Positions 40,834 to 48,408 of a stretch of DNA of 64,000 nt are shown one piece after another. Both the position numbers and the translations under genes were made by a program. The notes beneath the pieces were generated by a model. The model ran no database searches. It saw only the letters and a list, made by a program, of their open reading frames with translations, and was not told the DNA's origin. Every line of letters starts with the position of its first letter. Position 1 is the stretch's first letter. This DNA comes from a virus. The stretch covers positions 86 to 64,085 of IMG/VR virus record IMGVR_UViG_2518285546_000003, one strand, 5' to 3'.

Positions 40834-40869
40834 AAAAAGGCGGATACGGGTTTCCCCCGCAATCCGCCT
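40834..40869 (-). terminator. Terminator/attenuator before capsid operon
   Basis: AGGCGGAT-TGCGGG-GGAAA-CCCGT-ATCCGCCT-TTTT. Confidence 0.75.
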
Positions 40870-40914
40870 ATAACGTGAGCTGGCTACCGGCCGGTTGGCC
40901 CTGGCTTGCTCGTG

Positions 40915-41106
40915 TCAAGCGCTCGTATTTTCTTTGGTCATCAGGATCTTTCCCGATCTGGTCCGGTCGATTCGGTACGTGCTTTTATCGACCTGGAAGA
41001 TCACAGGGAAATCATCCAGCTTAAGAACCGGAATCTGCCCGTCCTTTTGGCTCTTTCGCAGTAAAAGAACTGCGTCCGGGTATTTCTTCCTATTCCGGTC
41101 CTCCAT
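40915..41106 (-). CDS. Small HemP-like protein
   Basis: C-terminal YRIDRTRSGKILMTK resembles HemP YxLRxTxxGKLILTK. Confidence 0.5.
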   Translation of the reverse strand: MEDRNRKKYPDAVLLLRKSQKDGQIPVLKLDDFPVIFQVDKSTYRIDRTRSGKILMTKENTSA

Positions 41107-41116
41107 ATTGGCGACA

Positions 41117-41149
41117 AGTTAGCCATTCAGTGCTTCCTATGTCAAGCGG
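41117..41149 (-). promoter_or_regulatory. Promoter with operator
   Basis: TTGACA-18-TAACTT; GTGCTT-CCTATGTC-AAGCGG; second operator at 41247-41266. Confidence 0.65.
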
Positions 41150-41361
41150 TTTAAGCTATAATTATCCTGCACTGAAAACGCAGACACCAGGAACCCAACC
41201 ATATGGGTATCTTTATCTTGATCAGCTATGGAATTTTGTGTCTTGTCCGCTTCCCATATCAAGCGCCAACTGCCGAAAAAGTCAAAATGCATCACAATTC
41301 CTTGAAGGGTATTCAATAGACAAGAGGGATCTACTTAAAACTGACAAGCTAGGATACATCG

Positions 41362-41595
41362 ATGAAATATCAAGCTAAACAGATAAGAAATGGCAAGTGG
41401 GCGGTTTTTTCAGGAGGATCTTACTTCACCGACACTGTCACAAGTGACGAACGTGAAGCTCGATATTCGGCTATAGAGATGAGCGCACATTGGTATCAAA
41501 GACAAATCGATAAGTGCCGCAACAAATGGGACAAAATGCAAGAAGATGACGCCAAAAAATACCGGAAGTGTGATTTCGGTGACATCCTGGCATAA
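41362..41595 (+). CDS. Hypothetical protein
   Basis: First gene of plus-strand island. Confidence 0.65.
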   Translation: MKYQAKQIRNGKWAVFSGGSYFTDTVTSDEREARYSAIEMSAHWYQRQIDKCRNKWDKMQEDDAKKYRKCDFGDILA

Positions 41596-41627
41596 CCAAG
41601 CGACCTCAGCCTACAGGAGCCAAGACT

Positions 41628-41972
41628 ATGCCCGCAAAAATAGTGACGATCAACCCGGAAAACTGGACCAACGACAAAATTGATATCACGGTCGATGAAG
41701 CGAAAAACCTGCTTACGGTATGGGGATATGACTTTGAACTGGTACCAGAACCGACAGTACGCGACCTGCCAATGGTGTTTGAAAGTTTCAAGGTCCATCG
41801 CATCGAAAATGGAGAACGCTCCCCTTATCCGATCTTCAACGTTTCGAGAACGATCTGGAACGGTCGAGTTGATCCTTGGGAGGCGATACGCCCCACATCC
41901 CTGGATGAATTCAGCCGGCAGGGGGAAACCCCTTTCATTGCTGCCGCTCGTTTTATTGCCAACACGCATTAA
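41628..41972 (+). CDS. Hypothetical protein
   Basis: AGGAG RBS. Confidence 0.65.
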   Translation: MPAKIVTINPENWTNDKIDITVDEAKNLLTVWGYDFELVPEPTVRDLPMVFESFKVHRIENGERSPYPIFNVSRTIWNGRVDPWEAIRPTSLDEFSRQGETPFIAAARFIANTH

Positions 41973-41994
41973 CAACACACCACAGGAGTATGCC

Positions 41995-42285
41995 ATGAAA
42001 AGCCATCAAGTGAATTTCAAAGTGTCAAAAGATGACTTAACTCTTATCGGAAAGATTGTTGATCGAGCCATTTTTTTAAGCCGCAAAGCTGGGACTGACA
42101 GAAACCGGTTGACTCTTTCCATGGACATCACGGCGGCTCATGCCAACGGTTGCCCTCTCCGTTTGAAAGATTTGTGCGATGCCGATGATTTCAATTTTGC
42201 TCATGACGTCTTCGGCATCCAAAACAACATCAATCGTCAAACCGGAAAACTCGAAAACAACTTCATGCCGCGATTTGCGGCATAG
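41995..42285 (+). CDS. DUF6874-like protein
   Basis: MDITAAHANGCPLRL...ADDFNFAHDVFGI...FMPRFA. Confidence 0.7.
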   Translation: MKSHQVNFKVSKDDLTLIGKIVDRAIFLSRKAGTDRNRLTLSMDITAAHANGCPLRLKDLCDADDFNFAHDVFGIQNNINRQTGKLENNFMPRFAA

Positions 42286-42344
42286 AGCCTCACATAACCA
42301 ATAATTAATCACTGTCTTAGTAAACTGAAATGGTGGGTAAAACT

Positions 42345-42560
42345 ATGAAAACCGGAGACACATTACAGTTTAAAATCAAAAGATCACGTTATCCTGTCCC
42401 TCGTGGAATCATCACCAGAAAAATAAGAGGAATTGACGATAATGGAAGGCCTTTGGTTCGGTTCGCTGGTTATGAAGATTATGTGATTCATAAAGATGAA
42501 ATAGTCAAAGTGGTGTCACAAATCAACGAGGATACAGAAAGACAGGTGAAACATGTCTGA
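42345..42560 (+). CDS. Hypothetical SH3-like protein
   Basis: MKTGD...VRFAGY. Confidence 0.55.
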   Translation: MKTGDTLQFKIKRSRYPVPRGIITRKIRGIDDNGRPLVRFAGYEDYVIHKDEIVKVVSQINEDTERQVKHV

Positions 42561-42804
42561 AAAATCTTTAGTGAACAGGCTCAAGGAAGCCGCTGTGATG
42601 AATACCAATGAACGCACTCGCGAAAATCTTTGCATGGAAGCGGCGCATGAGATCGAGAACCTCCAAAAAATTCACAATGATGCAAAGGAAGCTCTCAAGG
42701 ATCTGATTCGCCTTTACAACGAAAATGACCCAAGTGAAATGGAGGTGGACCACGCTATCGCTCAGGCAGAAGAAGCCATCGCCAAAGCAGAAGGGAGAAA
42801 GTAG
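42553..42804 (+). CDS. Hypothetical protein
   Basis: EAAHEIENL...AIAKAEG, common phage early-gene pattern. Confidence 0.6.
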   Translation: MSEKSLVNRLKEAAVMNTNERTRENLCMEAAHEIENLQKIHNDAKEALKDLIRLYNENDPSEMEVDHAIAQAEEAIAKAEGRK

Positions 42805-44409
42805 ATGTTCACCGATAACCCCAACTTCTACCCGACCCCTCCGAAACTGATTAAACGCATGGCCGATAAAATCGTCGGTCATCCTAAAATAATTCTGGAA
42901 TCATCCGCCGGAAAGGGAGATCTGATAGAAGGCCTTCGAGAGTACAGCCGCTATCATAAGAGGCACAGCTATAGCGACCGTCCCTTTCAACATGCAGACA
43001 TTTCCGCCATCGAAATTGATCCGACGCTTCAAGCGACCCTTCGCGGGAAAAGGATCAAGGTCCTCGACTCGGATTTTTTAGCCTACTCTGGACCGGATAA
43101 ATTCGATCTTATTATCGCCAACCCGCCTTTCGACGAAGGGGATAAACACCTCATAAAGGCTATCGATATCATGTACCGGGGCCAGATCGTCTTTCTTCTC
43201 AACGCTGAAACGATCCGCAACCCGCGCACCAAACCACGTAAATTGCTGGTTCGAAAACTTGAAGAACTCAATGCTGAAATAGAGTTTATCCAGGGGGCCT
43301 TCAAGAATGCAGAACGCCCTACCGGTGTCGAAGTTGCTCTGGTCGATATCGTTATCAAACGAGACATTGAAGATGACCTGTTCGCAGGTTGCGACGATCA
43401 TGGGTCCAGGGCTCATCAGACAGTAGAAGAAAAGCACGAAATTTCGACCGGCAAGACCATAGCCGATCTGGTAGCCGACTATAACGAAAGGGTCCGTATA
43501 GGCACCGAAGTAATCCTGACTTATTTTCGGAACATCCGGAAGATAGGCAAATACATTGGCCTGAATAAAGAACCAGAGCGCTACGACACTACCGGAAAAG
43601 ATCTGACAACTAAAATGCAGGCTAAACTCAACGACCTACTCAAATCCGTGCGAACCGACTTCTGGCGTCGGACACTGGATCTTGAAGAAGTCCGAAACCG
43701 TCTGACCAGCAAAAAGGCCAACGAGTTCGAGGAGGCGCTGAAAGAGCGCTGTCATATGGATTTCACCGAAAACAACATCCGTCAGTTCGTGCTTAATCTC
43801 ATCGGAGGCTATGAACGAACCTTGACCGAAGCGACTCTGGACATTTTCGACATGTTCACAAGATACGGATACAACGACCAGAATATCTATGAAAAGAATA
43901 TCCACTACTTCAACGGCTGGAAAACCAACGATGCTTTCAAAGTTGGTAAGCGTGTGGTGATCCCTATTCGTGCAAACTATGGTCTGCCGTTTTTAGATTG
44001 GGGCCGGTGGAAACTCGACTTCAGAGCGGCTGAAACCCTGCGGGATATTGATACGGTGATGAATTACTTCGACGGCATGAGCAATTATCTCTCCCTTACC
44101 CAGGCCATTGAGGAAGTGTTTACTCGAGGTGAAAACAGAGGCGAAAGCACCTATTTCAAATTCATCTGCTACAAGAAAGGGACTATCCATCTGACGTTTA
44201 GGGATAAGGATGTTTTGCGGCGGTTCAATGTGGTCGCATGCCGAGGGAAAGGATGGCTCCCTGGAGACTATGGGGAGAAAGCCTATGCTCAACTGACAGC
44301 CGAAAGCAGATCCGTGGTCGATAGTTTCGAGGGAGAAAAGTCATACGGTAAAAATGTGCAACAGCCTCTATTTAGAACTCACGGAATGCTGCAATTGAAA
44401 GCAGCATAA
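42805..44409 (+). CDS. SAM-dependent amino-methyltransferase + DUF4942-like domain
   Basis: FYPTP, ILESSAGKG, IIANPPF; C-terminal YFKFICYKKGTIHLTF. Confidence 0.85.
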   Translation: MFTDNPNFYPTPPKLIKRMADKIVGHPKIILESSAGKGDLIEGLREYSRYHKRHSYSDRPFQHADISAIEIDPTLQATLRGKRIKVLDSDFLAYSGPDKFDLIIANPPFDEGDKHLIKAIDIMYRGQIVFLLNAETIRNPRTKPRKLLVRKLEELNAEIEFIQGAFKNAERPTGVEVALVDIVIKRDIEDDLFAGCDDHGSRAHQTVEEKHEISTGKTIADLVADYNERVRIGTEVILTYFRNIRKIGKYIGLNKEPERYDTTGKDLTTKMQAKLNDLLKSVRTDFWRRTLDLEEVRNRLTSKKANEFEEALKERCHMDFTENNIRQFVLNLIGGYERTLTEATLDIFDMFTRYGYNDQNIYEKNIHYFNGWKTNDAFKVGKRVVIPIRANYGLPFLDWGRWKLDFRAAETLRDIDTVMNYFDGMSNYLSLTQAIEEVFTRGENRGESTYFKFICYKKGTIHLTFRDKDVLRRFNVVACRGKGWLPGDYGEKAYAQLTAESRSVVDSFEGEKSYGKNVQQPLFRTHGMLQLKAA

Positions 44410-44421
44410 GAGGAGAGAGCT

Positions 44422-44577
44422 ATGGACACCCTGTTGAACGCCATCATCGATCTTCGAAAACGCACTGAGCAGGAACTGGAATCTGCAGATCCTGCCCGGC
44501 GAGAAGAGTTGGAAAAGCTCCTGTCCAGAGTAAAAAAACAGGAAAGAAGCGCTAGGCGGATGGCAGGAGTGAAATAA
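44422..44577 (+). CDS. Small hypothetical protein (51 aa)
   Basis: GAGGAG RBS; MDTLLNAIIDL... Confidence 0.55.
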   Translation: MDTLLNAIIDLRKRTEQELESADPARREELEKLLSRVKKQERSARRMAGVK

Positions 44578-44601
44578 AAAAATTTACCGGAGGTGCTTCC
44601 C

Positions 44602-44763
44602 ATGGAAAGCGGAACAAAAGATAAATGGTCCATTATGGAAAGAATGATGTTGCTGTTACTGCTCGTATTATATGTGTCCCTTTACATGACCTTCCCTGGG
44701 GCCTACGATAGGACCATGGACCAATGGGAAAATAACGTTGTGTATGTGCAAGAGATACCGTAA
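44602..44763 (+). CDS. Small single-pass membrane protein (53 aa)
   Basis: GGAGG RBS; MMLLLLLVLYVSLYM; start codon inside operator 44593-44612. Confidence 0.55.
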   Translation: MESGTKDKWSIMERMMLLLLLVLYVSLYMTFPGAYDRTMDQWENNVVYVQEIP

Positions 44764-44798
44764 ATGAAATTCCTGTCTCCGTTATCTTCTCAAAGCAT

Positions 44799-44825
44799 AA
44801 AGCCCCTGGCAAGTCAGGGGCTTTT
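44799..44825. terminator. Bidirectional intrinsic terminator
   Basis: AAAGCCCCTG-GCAAGT-CAGGGGCTTTT between convergent genes. Confidence 0.85.
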
Positions 44826-44847
44826 CCATATCTAACTCATTTCAAGG

Positions 44848-47250
44848 TTACCGCATTCGCAGCATACACCCTCCGCGAAGTGCCTTGCGCAAATCCTCCC
44901 GATCCAAATAGTCGGCTGCTTTCTTCAGAGACTTGTCCTTTTTCATCTCCCGGAACAAAGCATCAAAAGCTTTGTTGATCCGTTGCCGCTCCCGGCCTTC
45001 AGGGTACGGCTTCCAGCCATGCAGCTTGTAAACAGGATGATCGTTGTTGGCGTGCGACACCAAGTAAGTGTTTTTTCTATCTTTCTTTTCTAACTTATCT
45101 TCCATGTAGGAAGAAAATGCCCTGGCTGCCATTTCTTTTTTGGAGTCGAAATATCCTGATCCGTGAACGGAGGAAAGTTTTTTAGACTCGATGAGATATC
45201 TTGACCCTTTAAGGCCAGGAATATCATAGGTTGCCGAAGTTCCCCCGAAGTGCGCCACTGCAACCTGTTGGTGATTTTCATAGTTCCGCTTTGCCCTGGC
45301 GCCTGGCTTTCCGTCCTTGCCAATGGCTCCGAACCTTCCGGCGGCAAGCATGGAATGCAAGCTGGCCATGGCTTCACTGATATTGCCGGCGTCGTGAATA
45401 GCTTTAAGTCCGGAGGTCCCGTAAAATCCGATTTTCTTGTTGCGCTCCATCACCTTCTTCCAGTGATCCGCTTCGCTTTCGGTGATAGTCATGGTCGTTT
45501 TGATCGTATGATTGCCGGCGGTCATCACGTCGACAAGATTTGCAAACGCTTTTTGCACTTCGGTTTTCGGATCGGTTACCGAGGTGCCATAGTTTTCTCG
45601 GCCTTTCCTGACTCCGGATTGCGTCTCACCGACAACATCGTCGACGCCGTGAAACCACTCGTGCGCCAGGGCCCCGCCGCCCTTCATCTTGGTCAGGTTG
45701 ATTACCCGATAGGTGTTTTCATAGTGGGCTGCCGCTCCGCTGAGACCGTGCCCCCTGGCACCGAAAGCCATGGAAAGCCTGCCATTAAGCGAAATATCCT
45801 TCTTGGAAATACCAAGCGTTTCGGACATGTCCTGGAAAGCCAGAGCGCATTGTTCAACATGACTCTTTGCCGCGTTGATATCTTTCAACACCCAGTTCCC
45901 GCTTTGAACATTGGCGAGATTGAACTGTTTTTTCAGATCGTCCGTTCCATAATCTTTATTGGAAAGATCCTTCCCCCCTACACGTTCCACCTTATCGGCA
46001 ACGGCAAACTGAAAGCGAACTGACTGTTTTGTTGCTCCCCTCGCCTTCTTTTCTCCCTTGGCAAACGAATAGTCCTTGATACGCCCTGCCCTGGCCGTTG
46101 CCACATGATTACCGAATGCGTCAGACCCTCGAAAGGTACGATAGTTCACCAGGGCGACAAACCGGCCACCAAGGCTATTGAATCCTCGCGTAAGAGGATG
46201 GGTTATAATGTTCGTGGTTTTGACGTTTTCCTCAAACTGGCGTGCCGCCTTGAAAGAAGAGTCCCATTTGGCTTTTGCAGCTTTGACCTTCTTGTCATTT
46301 TTATCCTTCCAAGCCATGTAGGCTTCGCGGCCGGCAGTAACTTCCTTTTCCAAAGCGTCGATGCGACCTTGCAACTCAGGATCCGGTTTCCACCCGCGCC
46401 GGGTCCGTTTTTCCTGGTCCCACTTGAGATTATTCAGACGCCTTTCCGGTTTGTAATAAGCGTCGAATAGTTGCTGCCCCTCCCTCTCAAGATCTTTATA
46501 TTTCTTCAGCGCCCTGGTCTTGGCCGCTTGGAGCTTCTTATATTCCTTCGCTTGGGAGGCATCAAGGGTGAAGCCGTTCATCTCTTCTTTGATATTGTCC
46601 AGTTCACCGACAACATCTTTGACCGTTTTGCACTTGGCCATTCGATCTTGAAGCATATTGCAGCCGAAAACATAATCCCGGCGTTTCTCCGGAGAATCTT
46701 CAGGCTTGGGGGCGATAGCCGTTAACATCTTGTGCATGAGAAAAGCGGCCCCAGGATCCACACCTTTCTTTTCCAACTTATCCCAATCCACGGTTTCCAG
46801 CACCGAACCTTTGGTTACCGCTTTTTCCGCTGCGCGAGGATTGTCCTCAAGGGCATCCCAATTGACAACCGTGTGCCGGACGCCGGTTCCATTCTTGGCG
46901 GCCAGCTTGAAATACTCTGCAGCTGCAGCGGCCAGTTCCTTTCTAGAACCTGGCACATATCCTCGATCTTGGAAGCGATAGTTTTTCGAATTCGGGTCAA
47001 GGGCATCGCCGGTCTTTTTCTTGGAGTTGCCGGCTTTTATCTTTTTGGCCGCTGTTTTCCTGGCTTTTTCACGCAGGGTGCTACGCTTCTCAGCAACCGG
47101 TTTCGTTGTTTTTTTCGCCTTCGCTTTTTTGGTCCGGCTGTCATCGTGCTCTTTGACCACAACAACTTTTCCGGTTTTGGTTCTACGGGTGTATTGTTTT
47201 ACGTGAGATTTGAGAAGGAATAGTCCGAGGATGGGCTTCTGTGGAATCAT
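44848..47250 (-). CDS. Polyvalent protein with zincin-like (HEWFH) and LPD1-like domains
   Basis: VQSGNWV, LSMAFGARG, AAHYE, LAHEWFH, EMAARAF, PYPEGRER. Confidence 0.8.
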   Translation of the reverse strand: MIPQKPILGLFLLKSHVKQYTRRTKTGKVVVVKEHDDSRTKKAKAKKTTKPVAEKRSTLREKARKTAAKKIKAGNSKKKTGDALDPNSKNYRFQDRGYVPGSRKELAAAAAEYFKLAAKNGTGVRHTVVNWDALEDNPRAAEKAVTKGSVLETVDWDKLEKKGVDPGAAFLMHKMLTAIAPKPEDSPEKRRDYVFGCNMLQDRMAKCKTVKDVVGELDNIKEEMNGFTLDASQAKEYKKLQAAKTRALKKYKDLEREGQQLFDAYYKPERRLNNLKWDQEKRTRRGWKPDPELQGRIDALEKEVTAGREAYMAWKDKNDKKVKAAKAKWDSSFKAARQFEENVKTTNIITHPLTRGFNSLGGRFVALVNYRTFRGSDAFGNHVATARAGRIKDYSFAKGEKKARGATKQSVRFQFAVADKVERVGGKDLSNKDYGTDDLKKQFNLANVQSGNWVLKDINAAKSHVEQCALAFQDMSETLGISKKDISLNGRLSMAFGARGHGLSGAAAHYENTYRVINLTKMKGGGALAHEWFHGVDDVVGETQSGVRKGRENYGTSVTDPKTEVQKAFANLVDVMTAGNHTIKTTMTITESEADHWKKVMERNKKIGFYGTSGLKAIHDAGNISEAMASLHSMLAAGRFGAIGKDGKPGARAKRNYENHQQVAVAHFGGTSATYDIPGLKGSRYLIESKKLSSVHGSGYFDSKKEMAARAFSSYMEDKLEKKDRKNTYLVSHANNDHPVYKLHGWKPYPEGRERQRINKAFDALFREMKKDKSLKKAADYLDREDLRKALRGGCMLRMR

Positions 47251-47270
47251 CTTACCTCTCAATAGGTGAG

Positions 47271-47579
47271 TCAGCGGAATCTTTTCGGGGTTCGCATTCG
47301 CTTTCTTTTCGGACGCTTTTTGTGGATGATTTTTTCCACGGTGATAAGACGCTTGCCGTCTTCACTCATCACCAGACGCCAGTCTCCGAAACAAAAATAC
47401 CTGGCAGGATCCAGATCGTTATTCATCAATCGCAAAACCACTCCCGCGCCGAGATCTTCTTCCTCCGCATTGCGGATAAGATCTCTCAGCGCCCCCATGG
47501 GACAAGACGGAAGGCAGCTTATACGGGTGATGAATCGTTTCCATGCGTGCCTAGTGATGAAGACGACGTCAGGGTTCAT
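47271..47579 (-). CDS. Hypothetical protein, possible RelE/BECR-like fold
   Basis: ITRHAWKRF...WRLVMS...LITV. Confidence 0.5.
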   Translation of the reverse strand: MNPDVVFITRHAWKRFITRISCLPSCPMGALRDLIRNAEEEDLGAGVVLRLMNNDLDPARYFCFGDWRLVMSEDGKRLITVEKIIHKKRPKRKRMRTPKRFR

Positions 47580-47920
47580 GCCTTGCCAAAAATTCTGCGG
47601 AAGATGTGACCGAAACTCCCGGCCCGGACGTATTTCCCCTTTTCGTCCCTGGCATCGTGAATTTTCGATTCTGCCGGTGGCTCCCCGGTATGCGCCTCGA
47701 TGATACTGCGACAATAACTCCCTGCAGCTGCCGCCCCGGCGCGGACCTCCTCCAGGGCGGCCAATTTTGATGGATCTTTCTCTTTGCGCATCGCCTCAAC
47801 TGCTTTGTCATGCCGGTTGTCAGCTTTTCGAGCAAGCGCTTTCAACCCGGCAAGGGCGTCGTTCATTCCCTTGCCGGCTGCATCCATGTTGTTAGCCAGT
47901 TTTTCGGTAACGGTATTCAT
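47576..47920 (-). CDS. Hypothetical protein
   Basis: Contains ARDEKGKY motif. Confidence 0.55.
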   Translation of the reverse strand: MNTVTEKLANNMDAAGKGMNDALAGLKALARKADNRHDKAVEAMRKEKDPSKLAALEEVRAGAAAAGSYCRSIIEAHTGEPPAESKIHDARDEKGKYVRAGSFGHIFRRIFGKA

Positions 47921-47931
47921 ATGCTTCCAAC

Positions 47932-48408
47932 CTATTCTTTCGGATACAGGGCCTTCACAGATGCCACATGGGCATCCCATGTTCCGTCATACTGCATTTC
48001 CAGCTGCCCCTGCCAAGTGCCGTAAGAAGCCCGGCGAAGCATGGCGTAGTTCTCGATCATCCATGCAGCAATATCTACCGTCGGGACCGGCCGCCGATCC
48101 TCGATGGTCGTATCGTCGCCTGGATCGGCCAGGTAGGGATACTCCGCTTCCAGGTCAGCGATACGGGCATCCCTGATTGCGTTGGGGCTGTATCCCTCAA
48201 CCAGCACTGTCACACCGTCCACGTCATAAACCGGCTCGACGTCAGGCTGGTCTTCCTGTGCCAGCAGTTCGGAATATTCGGCTTCAGCCTCAAAGTACGG
48301 GGCGAGAGCTACCCCGGTCAGGTAGCTCTCAATAAACAGATCAATGACGGTAGCAGGCTTACACTTCTCAATTACTCGCTGTACGTCTTCAAGAGTTTTA
48401 TATTCCAT
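47932..48408 (-). CDS. Fibre-associated/chaperone-like protein
   Basis: Follows fibre gene; YAMLRRASY..QLEMQYD..VKALYPK. Confidence 0.55.
   Translation of the reverse strand: MEYKTLEDVQRVIEKCKPATVIDLFIESYLTGVALAPYFEAEAEYSELLAQEDQPDVEPVYDVDGVTVLVEGYSPNAIRDARIADLEAEYPYLADPGDDTTIEDRRPVPTVDIAAWMIENYAMLRRASYGTWQGQLEMQYDGTWDAHVASVKALYPKE

Noticed and set aside
41130..41266. Mini CRISPR array from two similar repeats
   Set aside because: Only 20-bp operator copies 117 bp apart; no cas genes or regular spacers
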